Assembly (NCBI RefSeq): GCF_964204645.1
Contig: NC_134032.1
Span: 11,768,275-11,832,274, forward strand
From: Tubulanus polymorphus
Lineage: Eukaryota; Animalia; Nemertea
Length of the DNA: 64,000 nucleotides
Reading direction: 5' to 3'
Shown here: in pieces, positions 1 to 10,410 of the stretch
Position numbering within the stretch: position 1 is the first letter of the stretch
Layout of the letters: each line of letters starts with the position of its first letter
Program-made: the position numbers and the translations under genes
The notes under the pieces: model-generated
The model's input: the letters and a program-made list of their open reading frames with translations, nothing else
What the model was told of the DNA's origin: nothing
Database searches by the model: none

Positions 1-550
1 CCGCCGGTTCGTTCGTTTGTCGGTTATTATTATTTTTACGGTCGTCATCGTCGTCGTCGTCGGCGGCAACGATAGCGTACGGACGGCAATCTTCCGTTTT
101 GAAGACGGCACGACGCTCGTTCCCCGGGTGCAACACGGATTCCTCGTTAGCGCCACCTGGATTTTCGCGTCTACCTCGATCGTCGCGCGTCGGTGCGATG
201 ATTTATCGCCGTGGTAACCGGCTCAGGAATTAATTACGCCCTTATCTCCGTTATCCACAAATTCTTCGTGTTTTTTTTTTATTTGGGATCGAACGCAAAA
301 AACGTCGTCGTAAAATTAATGAATTACTCGTAATGCGAAGTACGTGACGAACCGACACGTCTTACGCCCGCCGAGACGATCTTCATTCTAGATTGCGAAG
401 ATTTTAGATAATTATTCATAGGCTTTATTCCCGAAAGCAAAGTAAACAAAAAAAAAAACAGACTTGATCGTATTCGTAAAGGACTGTCCTAGGAATGCGC
501 CTTCTTTTCAAATTGTAGATATGATATATAGACTATGAATATAAGTCCTG

Positions 551-688
551 GGGCCGGTTACACAATCGTGACTTAAGTCAAAAAGTGGTCTTAAATCTTA
601 AGACCAGTCTTAAGTTGTTAGATTGGCTATAGAACTAAGTTGGTCTTAGACTGGTATTAAGTCTAAGCCATGACTATGCGACCGGCCC
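551..688. mobile_element. PIF/Harbinger-like MITE (family A)
   Basis: TIR GGGCCGGT...ACCGGCCC, 3-bp TSD CTG (548-550/689-691); degraded relatives near 23800-24110, 31330-31650, 37865-37960, 40500-40610, 55515-55760, 57842-57952. Confidence 0.7.
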
Positions 689-766
689 CTGGGGCCAGTT
701 GCACAGTTGTGACTTATGTTCAAAAGTGTCCTTAAATCTGTAAGACTGGTCTTAAGTTAATTAGAT

Positions 767-907
767 AAAAACCCACTATGTACAAATTAAAAGAATTTCA
801 AAATCGAGAATTTATTTGTTCAAAAAATCTAAAATGAAAAACACAACGTTCCGATCTCAGCCTAGAGATCATCGTTCTCCACGTTTCAGTGATGATATTG
901 TACTATA
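767..907 (-). mobile_element. Penelope-like element end fragment with decayed hammerhead motif
   Basis: Same family as 38812-39040; flanked by duplicated tggtct(t/c)aagtt..ttagat (747-766/908-926); minus strand acgatgatctctaggctgagatcggaacgttgtg. Confidence 0.55.
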
Positions 908-951
908 TGGTCTCAAGTTGTTAGATTGGCTATAGAAAGAAGTTGGTCTTA

Positions 952-1421
952 CTGTCTGTCACACCTACTCTCCGTGCGACTTTTTTGTCCTTAATTTCGC
1001 ATCAATTTGTTCAGTGAGGAATTTGCATTCAGAAATAAACAACAATTTTCACTTAAGTTGTTTTTGTTTTCATTTATCAGCGATAGTTTACTCAGCATAC
1101 GCTCGCGTAATGCTGAAAAACCCACTCCGCGGACGCTCGGAAACGTTACAGTGACGTCATCACCTGCTCATTAGCATATCAAAATACAGTAGGTGGCGCC
1201 ACGTGACGGGCCATAAAAGCCGTTTTTCAGCATTACGCGAGCGTATGCTGGGTAAACTATCGCTGATAGATGAAAACACAAACAAATTTATGCCAGTTCA
1301 TGTTTTATTTCTGAATGCAAATTCCTTACTGAACAAATTGATGCATAATATTTACAGATCAACCGATTATTAACGCAATTACGGATCATAACGTCGCACG
1401 AAGAGCAGGTGTGACAGACAG
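952..1421. mobile_element. Tc1/mariner-type palindromic MITE (~470 bp)
   Basis: TIR CTGTCTGTCACACCT...AGGTGTGACAGACAG, TA TSD at 950-951/1422-1423, arms inverted for ~170-200 bp. Confidence 0.8.
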
Positions 1422-2117
1422 TAGACTGTCCTAAAGTCTAAGCCCTGACTACGCAACCGGCCCCTGACTTTTCTCCGCAGTTGAGACTTTTGTCTGATTT
1501 TGTCCTATCCTCCAGTAATATCCCATTAGTAGAGGTTCCTGGTGTGACTTAACAACCCCCTACTACATTCTATCATATAGAGTAATTAAATGTAACACCT
1601 GAAAACGGAGTGCTAGAATATACGTATATACTCATCAGAAAATGAGCTTTGTACTGTTTTCCTCTGTTGTAACTGTTCTGTCATTTCGAAACAAACTCTG
1701 GAGATTTGTGTGGATGGATTCTACCTGAAGCATTGAGAAAAAAAATGATACCAATTGTTTAAATTGATATCATGGGTTTTTATCGTAACCATAAAAAAAC
1801 AGAGCTGACTACAACAAATTCTACCAGAAAAACCTGGACGGAATTTGGATCATGCTATTGACCGCGTGTTTCTTTATCAGTGTGAGTCAATGAAAAATGA
1901 ATGAATTAGAAATTTCCCCGATTCATGTGGGTCACAGTGTGATCACAGGGAAAACTCAGGGGATTTGTAAATGGGCGGAAAGTGGCGGCACCCTGCATGA
2001 GTGAAGTAAAAAACAGACTTTTCGACCACCAGTTGCTCCGTTACTTTGAACACAGACATGAATAAAAAATCCTTGAATTTGATTATTGAAATAATTTCAA
2101 ATTTTTTATTGTTTCAG

Positions 2118-2175
2118 ATTTTTGCATTTGACCACTGTTTCTGGTCGATGGAAGACAACAATCCTAAATTCTCAA
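2118..2175 (+). CDS. KIF13: KIF13 exon (IFAFDHCFWSMEDNNPKFS), motor domain
   Basis: tttcag| acceptor, |gtaag donor; kinesin-3 FAFD motif. Confidence 0.93.
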
Positions 2176-2562
2176 GTAAGTTACCCCACCCCCTCCCCAT
2201 AAAATTACTAAGTTACACTTCCTATGTAAACCAAAAATTCATACCACATGATGATATAATGCTGTGATGTATGTGTATAAAAACCTACAATATAACTGAA
2301 CAATCAATTGAAAAATCTGTTTCACTGACGTTGCAGTAGATTACTACAATCAATCTTCTGCGGATATTATTAATTTTTTTTTTCAAATCAGTCTCATTAG
2401 ATGGATAGAAGTGATTTATCCGAATAATGACAGTTAAACGGATTTTTTTTTTTTAGTTGTCGTTCAATATTGATTTTGTGGGTTGTTAAAACCGCGTCGA
2501 TTTCAAATGTCTTCTTTCCGGTTTTAAATCTTGAGATCATTTCTTATTGATATATTTTTCAG

Positions 2563-2655
2563 GTCAAGAACAAGTATTCGACTGTTTGGGGCAGGATATT
2601 CTGGAGCGGGCGTTCGAGGGCTACAACGCTTGTATATTCGCATACGGCCAAACTG
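2563..2655 (+). CDS. KIF13: KIF13 exon ([30 protein letters not shown])
   Basis: tttttcag|, |gtaag; first half of P-loop region. Confidence 0.96.
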
Positions 2656-2895
2656 GTAAGCGGGCGGCAGAGCCCATCTAGATTTAAATTCGTCCAGCCC
2701 CTTTCAACCACCAGCTAAATCGATTTGGTCTTACCAAAAATTCATATGAATTTTTGGTCTTACTCATGTAAATTAAGGCATTTTTCAGAACAAATTACAA
2801 GTTTTTAAAACCCCAATGATCTACAAACAGATTACGAATATAAATAATGAAAATTTGAAAATCTGGAAAAATGACGTGAAAAATTTGGAAAAATC

Positions 2896-3270
2896 CAGGG
2901 TCCAGTTCCACAGGTTTGCAGTTAAGATTTGACACTGAGTTAACTCATTGAAAATGAACTAATTTTAACTCAGAGTTAACTCTAACTCACAACTGTGGAA
3001 CTGGGTCCTGGGGGCCAATTGGTTAGAGGTAACTGGGACCAGTTGTTCGAAAAGTTGGTTATAGATAACCGGCGTATAAATACCCTAGTAAAAATGAACT
3101 TTCAATAGTCACTATGTCAACTATCCACTGGTTAACTCAAACCAACTTATGAGCAACTGCTGCCCCTGGATCCAGTTCCACAGTTATGAGTTAGAGTTAA
3201 AATTAGTTCATTTTCAACGAGTTAACTCAAGAGTCAAATCTTACCTCACAAGTGTGGAACTGGGTCCAGG
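2896..3270. mobile_element. Train of three abutting Harbinger-like MITEs (families C, D, C)
   Basis: ggtccagttccacag...ctgtggaactgggtcc hairpins flanking a cagttgttcgaaaagttgg...ccaacttatgagcaactg element, joined at CAG/CTG. Family C also at ~3727-3843, 17852-17947, 29016-29130, 33200-33292; family D also at ~7389-7510, 26880-27010. Confidence 0.7.
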
Positions 3271-3470
3271 CGTATAAATACCATAGTGAAAATTTTAATT
3301 GCGTTGTAACCGCAACATTTGTTAAGCTGTTGAGCATCTTTCAAGCGCCAATTATGAGGATGTGAAAACATTTGAAATTTCCAGAGTTCATCAAGAATCC
3401 GACCCCTGTCCCCCCCCCCTAGGGCGTAAAAAAGATGTATTTTGAGGAATTTTTTTTTTTTTATGACTAG

Positions 3471-3651
3471 GTTCCGGTAAGTCGTATACGATGATGGGTT
3501 CACAGCAATCTCGCGGAATCATTCCGCGACTTTGCGACACGCTGTTCGAACGAATCATGGAAGAATCGAAAGAACACGTTTCAAGCAAAGTCGAAGTCAG
3601 CTACATGGAAATCTATAACGAAAAGGTGCACGACCTTCTCGATCCGAAAGG
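3471..3651 (+). CDS. KIF13: KIF13 exon ([10 protein letters not shown]...[20 protein letters not shown])
   Basis: polyT-ag acceptor, gtaag donor; GSGKS P-loop, YMEIYNE motif. Confidence 0.97.
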
Positions 3652-4304
3652 GTAAGAATTTGCCGTTCGGTAGTCCCGCGCCAACTTTCTACTTAACTCA
3701 AAAAGGTTGGGATAATACTGTTCTGCAGGGTGCGGTTCCACAGTTCCGATTTAAGATTTCACTCTTGGGTTAGCTCATTGAAAATGAACTAACTTTAACT
3801 CAAGAGTTTACTCTTAACTCACAACTGTGGAATTGGGTCCAGGTCCTATTTCATCTTGATACAAAAAAATGGATAGACTGTGATAGACTGTTACTCATCT
3901 CACTGTTAAACAGTCTAAAACGAGGCCCACTTGCGCGAAAAATTCAGATTTTTGGTTTTATTGCTCCAACTGTTGTTGTTGTCTTACCGATTCAAGCTTA
4001 AACTTTCATGAAACCATACCCCTGTCCTAGGTCGACTGATAAAGTGAAGATTAACTCAAAAATGTCGATATCAACTGAAATTATGAAGAAATTAGGTCTC
4101 GTAAAGAAATAGATAAGTAAATACATTGAGCCTATCAACACCAAAGTGGTGCTAAACCGCTCTAGGCAGATCGGTTTTAAAGATAACTCAAAAAATTCCA
4201 TACGTCTTTCCCTTCTTATCAGAACAAATGAAATGTTATGAAAGTTGAGAGTTCTCTCTGATAAAACTGGTTTATTTCTCACGTCTGTCTGTTTATTCTT
4301 TCAG

Positions 4305-4392
4305 GGGTCGACAGAATCTTCGCGTACGTGAACACAATATACTCGGGCCTTACGTAGATGGACTGTCTCAATTAGTGGTAGAATCATACGAG
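4305..4392 (+). CDS. KIF13: KIF13 exon (GRQNLRVREHNILGPYVDGLSQLVVESYE)
   Basis: ctttcag|, |gtttgt; LRVREH-GPYV motif. Confidence 0.95.
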
Positions 4393-5050
4393 GTTTGTTT
4401 TATACCCCTTAAACTGAGGGTCCTAACACAGTCCCCTAGACCTGAGAACACTTACTCTCCCCTTAAATTGGATTACAAATCCTTACACTGTCCCCAAAAA
4501 CTTAGAACAGTTATTAGAACAGCTCTTTAACTGGTGAACCCTTTCACAATCCCCTAAAACTCAGAACGCTTTGAGCCTGAGAATAACTTAGTGTTCCTAA
4601 CAATTCCGTTAAACCTCGAGTTCCCAAAAACCTGAGTACACTCTTCAGTGTTCTTTACCATCCCCTAAAACCTAAGACCCTATGTACATTAAACCATGGA
4701 ACCCTGTTCATTGTCTGTAACAGTTCCATTAAACCCGTGAGTGACCCTTCAGTCCACTAAAAACTGTAGAACCTAGGATATTTTGTAGATCACACAGGGC
4801 ATCAGTATGTTTGCTCTATTGGTTTAGTTACCAATCATCACTGAAGGTGGCAGCAGCTCCTTGTTAAGATAGTTAAGCAATAACTGTTTGGATGCAGGGC
4901 CAGTTCCACAATTCTCAAGTTAAAATCAATCGCAATTCTCACCTTCTAAACCTCCCAACTTGTATCCCGATATTTGTTATTGAATATAACCTACAGTACT
5001 GTTAATTTTGAATATAACTGACTGCATTGTTGTTTATATTTCGTTGGTAG

Positions 5051-5185
5051 GATATAGAAACGTTGATGGTAGAAGGTAATAAATCGCGTACGGTCGCCGC
5101 GACGAACATGAACAGTGAAAGCAGTCGTTCACACGCTGTATTTAACATTATACTAACACAAACTATGGTGGATGTCACAACCGGG
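5051..5185 (+). CDS. KIF13: KIF13 exon ([45 protein letters not shown]), switch I
   Basis: ggtag|, |gtaag; SSRSH. Confidence 0.97.
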
Positions 5186-6149
5186 GTAAGTAATCGAGAC
5201 CCACGCCCCCTTACCTATGCCATATGAACCTCAACGCACGCGGCAAGGATAAAGCCGTTTATTCCCCATGAAAAACGTATCCGATGCATTTTGTTATGCC
5301 ATGTGCGTTGAGGTCGAAACAGAAAATGCCGAACATAAAAACGTTACTGCTTGATTCGCGGAAAATGCCTTGTGACGCTGAAAACATTTTTTTGTCCCGT
5401 ATGTGTTGGATGTTCGTAGATCATGTTCAACATCTACGGCTGAATAACCAATCAGGGAGCATCAGTGCATCACATGAAATGAGAGAAAATTTGATATGAA
5501 TAACTGAGTGTATTGTTGCACCATAGATTCAATGGTACAAGAACCATTTTTTCTACGCGGTTTTGTTATGCCGTGTGTGTTGAACATTTTATCGTTTGCG
5601 GTAAAACTTTTGCTAAAGTCATGTTTTCTGTTTTGATGCACCAAATGTTTTGTTGTGTGCATTTGGCTTTATTGAAGCCGCTGAAATAGATACATTTACG
5701 TGTGGTCATTCGATCCATCTACTGGTATGTGACCGTCAGAGGCATCGCATTTGTGATGATTCAGCCATGTTTTAAGTGAAACTAGGAGTGTTTGAAAGTT
5801 GTCACTCGGTCAGAGTTTGTATCGATGTTAATATTCTTCAGACTGAGTTCATCGTAGATGATTAAAATCAATTGTGTTTTAAACAAGAAAGTAATGCAGT
5901 ATCATTGGTTCAATTATGTTTAGAATTGATCACAGCATTTGGCCAAATTTTGGTTCTTGCACATGTATCCAATGGCTTGCTCCAAATATCCAAATAAAGG
6001 CATACGGAGTCATCCTTTACTGTATCATTGTAGCTCTGGGCTTGCTCAGCGTTGGTTGAGAATATCCATCATGGAAATTTGGTCCGAGTTTCTCGAATAG
6101 AAGAATTTCTCAAGAATGATAGAATAATTGATAACATATTTTTTTACCA

Positions 6150-7568
6150 TAATCAAAACATTGAAGAATTTATTTACATATCAAAAAGTCAGCATCAATT
6201 TATATAATAACTTGTTACGCGCTCACGATAAAGAGATTTATCGCTCGAAAATTTACACACCAATTTTACACATATCAAACAAACGTTGCAATATCGCGAT
6301 AGTGATGAAAAATCTTATTTACAATATATTACAATGACATTTTAATTTTGCACTAGTTTCAAATCTATCTGACTCAGTCTGAATCTCTGTAAATATGCAA
6401 ACCAACTTATTTACAATTTAGAAAATCGTTTTTCTCAAGTTCTAGACGCAGAGTGTAGATGGCAGTACTGGCAAGCTATTCTCCATCTTCTTGTACTTTC
6501 TGCAAAGTGGATTTAACTACATTAAAAAGTATATTTAGATATTACGTACCTAAGCTGAAAATTCTGGCAAGCTTGGCCATCCAATCACAGCCCCCTGTGA
6601 CACAACAATCACAGGTCAGAGGTAGTCGGGCCGCTTATTTGAACTATTTTTCCTATGTCTACCTCTTATGCAAACTCTACTCCAATTGAACATAATAAAT
6701 ACATTTTCCTTACGTCGGTCGCACAAGGCTAAAATATAGCTAAGATATCGAGGAAAATGTGGCAAAAATAACCTATTTACAATGTATTGTCTTGTATTAT
6801 AACTAAGCTCATTGCTCTCAATAGATAAATATTTGTTGAATACCGGGTATGTTTTTTATTTTACACAATGTACACTTGTCTACTGTTCACTTTTCTCTCA
6901 CATCCATATAGGCGTCACGCTCACGGATCTTGATATTAATTAGTTATCCACTCGTAATCAGCCACTTCAACAACAGCAATTGATAGAAACAGTGAATTCA
7001 GTTCCACAGTATGTTCGACTCTACAGACTAATGCTGTACAGACTAATTAACCCGCTGTGACATCTCAAATTTTCACATTTAAGAAAGTTGAAGGCGAGGT
7101 GTAGGTCGACCTTGCGACTGCGCGAGACTTGTTTCTCTGCAACTACCGGCAGCAATCCTGTCGCGAAGAACCACCAACCTATGTGCTGTTGCAACGAACA
7201 GGGATGTGCTGCCAGTGACATTTCTATACACTCTTGCTCCTGACAATGATATGATGCCATTTCCAGTGACATCTTCTACCTTCTGCGATGTGCCTGTCTC
7301 ACTATTGCTGCCACATGCGACCAGTTGCGACCAGTTCTTACGAACCATCTTTAGTCGACCTACACCTGCCTTTACCAATAATCATTTTGGGGCAGTTGCT
7401 CAAAAGTTGGTTTAAGCTAACCGGTGGGTGAATACTGTAGTAACAATGGACTTTAAATCATCGCTACGTCAACTATCCAGTAGCTTACTCTTACCAACCT
7501 TTGAGCTGCTCGCGTCAACTGAACCTATTCGCGATGAATTTTATTAAACTATTAAGATGATAGTTAAA
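6150..7568 (-). other. Probable 3' UTR of nested gene with AATAAA signals
   Basis: Minus-strand AATAAA (plus tttatt) at 7540-7545, ~6855 and 6169-6174; AT-rich UTR-like composition. Confidence 0.4.
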
Positions 7569-10370
7569 TCATAATCTGGTATGAACGATGCCTTCCTCCT
7601 CCGATATATAAACCGTTTTACCGTTTACTGTTTTCGTTAGATCCGGCTGCTCGGTCGATCCGTTCTTGCTATGTCCGTTCGACGACGTCGTTTTATCCAG
7701 TTTACCGTTCGATTTTGTATTTCCGTTCTCGCCGGCGCCGTCTCGAGGTTCGATTTTAACGAAGTGTTTCAGGAAGACGTCTCCCTCGCCGTGTTCCTTG
7801 ACGCGTCGGTCGGCGACGTAGTCTTTGATTTTACACCCGATACAGATCAGCGGTCCGATTATAATCCAGAATCCGACGATCGAACAAACGACGATCGCCG
7901 CGATGAAGCCTCGACTCGCTCCGGCGACAACCGTCGAATTACGCAATACAGTGTTATTGGTCGCTGTGTCGCTGGTTATTGTCGGACTGGTTGCCATTTT
8001 AGTGGTTATTGTCGGACTGGTTACCGTGTCAGTGCTTGTCGGACTGGTTGCCATGATATCAGATTTTGTACTTGTTCCAATGGTACTACTATCAGTAACT
8101 AAGATATCGTTTGTCGGGTTCGCCCTGGTATCATTAGTTGCTATTGCGTCCGGTATTGTTGATCTGGTTGGTATGGAACCATTGGTTGCCCTAGTGTCCA
8201 ATATTGTAGGACTGGTTGTTCCATTAGTTGCCATACTGTCCAGTGTTGTAGGACTTTCGGCCGTTGTACTATTGGTTACCGCCATTTTAACGGTTCCGGA
8301 AACATTAGTCACGTTGGTTCTAGTAGATGCCGTATTATCCATTGTTGTAGAACTGGTTGCTACGGTACTATTAGCTTCGGTGGTATCAGTTGATGGGCTC
8401 ATTACGGTCTCATTAATTGCTGTAGTATTTGATATTGCAGTACTGGATGCAATGGCAATATTGGTTGGTATGGTATCTGGAATTGTAGGACTTGTTGCTA
8501 TGGTACTATTGATTACCACGGTATCTGGCATCTTAGTACCAGTTGTTACAGTCATATCAGGTGGGGTGGATCTAGTCGGATTCGAGACAGGTTTTTTCGT
8601 AATTTCGGTGACGTTCCTCAAATAAGTATTATACACATGTTCAGTTTGATTCAGCGTTTCACCGCTAGACGGAGCCGCCGTTGTTGTTATGGTTAGATTT
8701 TGGGTCAACGCTTGTTTTCGATCGGTGTTAATTATCGAATTATCGGTTTGTTCTTCTGCAGCAACGGTAGTTATTGGACGTGCTGTAACGTTAGTAGCTA
8801 ATTGCGTAGTAGCGATATTTGTCGAGGTCGCGATATTTTCAGATTCGCCGCCGTCCTCATCCGATGATGATATATTTACCGTCGCCGCGAGACCGCTCCC
8901 GACGTCGTCATCAGTTTCATCGATCGATCTGACTTTAACGAATTCGTCCGATCCGCTGCCGCCGTTTGTTTTTTCGACACTTTCTATTTCTTCCATCAGG
9001 GGGGCGTTCATTACTTTCTCCTCTGTACTGCGTTTCCATCGGCTAGTTCGTACTTTCTCCACCAGGGGGATATTCATCATTTTCTCTGTATTGCGCTTCT
9101 GTCTGCTTGTTGCAATTTCCACCACTAGAGGTATAACACTCTTCTGAGCGCTCACTTTCCGTTTGCTAATTCCGACTTTCTCCACCAGGTGTAGATGTTC
9201 CTTTTGCACGTTTCTATTCAGCCCACTCGTTCCGATTTCCTCCACCAGGGGGACACTGTCTACAATCGTCTCGCTACCCGACTTCGCTAAATTAGATTTG
9301 ACGTCGGCGTTTTGTTTGTTGCGATTATTTTTCTTCGCCTCAGCACGACGCGAGGAATTCACCCGTCTGTCCTTTAATCTCTGCTCCGGTGTCTGCTCCA
9401 GTTTCTCCTCCGACCGACTGCCACCGTCTTCGCGATAATACGTCTTATCGTTCGGAATTCTCGGTAACCGGTCGATATTTTTCGCGACGTCGCGGATGTT
9501 TGCCGTGTCTGATGAAATTCCGGCCTCGTTCGTTCGCCGCCGCCGCGATCTACGGATACGATCCGGTTTCGCAATCTTTCTACCCGCATCGGATGTCCAG
9601 CGATCGTCTAACTGACCGCCGGTCACTTTAAGACCTCCACTCAGGTTGACCTCTCGTTTTTCATCTGTCGTTATAAACTTATCGGTTGATTTTACTGGCG
9701 AACGTAGATAAGACTTGGGCACTTGATACTGACCGCGGTTATCGATGGTAGCCAACTGACCGCTGTCCATGAACGAGTGTTTGCTGTCCGCTATCGATTG
9801 ACCGCTGTCCACTGCTGACAAGCCATTGTCCTTTATAAACTTTTCGCTGTCCGTTACTAATTGGCCCATGTCCACTACCAACTGACCCCTGTCCACTACT
9901 GACTGATCACTGTCCTCTATTGGCTGACCACTGTCCACTACTGACTGACCGATTAAGATATAGCCGATTTCCTCTAGTTTATTGGCCATACGATTAAACG
10001 AACTCAATGCCTGCAGAAACTTCAACACCGACGGATTAAACCTGGCTCTACTCCTCGGCGAATGTTTGACAGAATCATAAACACGTTTAAAATCGTTCGA
10101 GTCTTCGTTTGCGTTATTCCAATTAGCGTTAATTGATTTCCGATCGAAGTTTCGTTTGAATGCGGCTTCGATATTCATTTGTTTTACGGAATCGCGATTG
10201 TTTGTTAACAATGCGCCGCTGATGGTGTTTGTATCAGCGGTATCTCGGGGAAGCGATGAACTCCGGGCCGAGTCGATCTCGTCTCTGGTTACGGGAAATG
10301 AAATCGTTAGTTCGACGACGCACAGTAATAAGATCGTCAGCAGATACCAGTTCGTAAAGGTCGTCGACAT
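7569..10370 (-). CDS. Nested antisense gene: 933-aa type I membrane mucin/proteoglycan-like precursor with C-terminal PDZ-binding motif
   Basis: 2.8-kb uninterrupted ORF in otherwise stop-rich intron DNA. It has an N-terminal signal peptide (MSTTFTNWYLLTILLLCVVELTIS), RxRR/RxKR sites, a Thr/Ser-rich stalk with many NxT/S, a TM segment GFIAAIVVCSIVGFWIIIGPLICIGC followed by basic KIK, and ends ...EEEGIVHTRL*. A minus-strand acceptor (tattttcag) lies 17 nt before the ATG. Confidence 0.88.
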   Translation of the reverse strand: MSTTFTNWYLLTILLLCVVELTISFPVTRDEIDSARSSSLPRDTADTNTISGALLTNNRDSVKQMNIEAAFKRNFDRKSINANWNNANEDSNDFKRVYDSVKHSPRSRARFNPSVLKFLQALSSFNRMANKLEEIGYILIGQSVVDSGQPIEDSDQSVVDRGQLVVDMGQLVTDSEKFIKDNGLSAVDSGQSIADSKHSFMDSGQLATIDNRGQYQVPKSYLRSPVKSTDKFITTDEKREVNLSGGLKVTGGQLDDRWTSDAGRKIAKPDRIRRSRRRRTNEAGISSDTANIRDVAKNIDRLPRIPNDKTYYREDGGSRSEEKLEQTPEQRLKDRRVNSSRRAEAKKNNRNKQNADVKSNLAKSGSETIVDSVPLVEEIGTSGLNRNVQKEHLHLVEKVGISKRKVSAQKSVIPLVVEIATSRQKRNTEKMMNIPLVEKVRTSRWKRSTEEKVMNAPLMEEIESVEKTNGGSGSDEFVKVRSIDETDDDVGSGLAATVNISSSDEDGGESENIATSTNIATTQLATNVTARPITTVAAEEQTDNSIINTDRKQALTQNLTITTTAAPSSGETLNQTEHVYNTYLRNVTEITKKPVSNPTRSTPPDMTVTTGTKMPDTVVINSTIATSPTIPDTIPTNIAIASSTAISNTTAINETVMSPSTDTTEANSTVATSSTTMDNTASTRTNVTNVSGTVKMAVTNSTTAESPTTLDSMATNGTTSPTILDTRATNGSIPTRSTIPDAIATNDTRANPTNDILVTDSSTIGTSTKSDIMATSPTSTDTVTSPTITTKMATSPTITSDTATNNTVLRNSTVVAGASRGFIAAIVVCSIVGFWIIIGPLICIGCKIKDYVADRRVKEHGEGDVFLKHFVKIEPRDGAGENGNTKSNGKLDKTTSSNGHSKNGSTEQPDLTKTVNGKTVYISEEEGIVHTRL

Positions 10371-10387
10371 TTTAGCATCCGTTCTTT

Positions 10388-10410
10388 CTGAAAATAGACG
10401 AAATTCGTGT
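10388..10410 (-). promoter_or_regulatory. 3' splice acceptor in the 5' UTR of the nested gene
   Basis: Minus strand reads gaatttcgtctattttcag|aaagaacggatgctaaaATG. Confidence 0.6.

Larger units (their letters stand above)
692..1463. mobile_element. Second family-A MITE interrupted by two later insertions
   Basis: Starts GGGCCAGTT at the shared CTG, ends AACCGGCCC-CTG; removing 767-926 and 952-1423 restores colinearity with copy 551-688. Confidence 0.7.

Noticed and set aside
17-217. 66-aa ORF as KIF13 first exon
   Set aside because: No similarity to the kinesin N-terminus (VKVAVRVRP absent); non-ATG start in a CpG-rich patch
7671-9631. Plus-strand ORFs (143, 266, 152, 91, 80 aa), some very hydrophobic
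   Set aside because: Antisense shadows of the Thr/Asn-rich 933-aa ORF; the V/L richness comes from complementary codons
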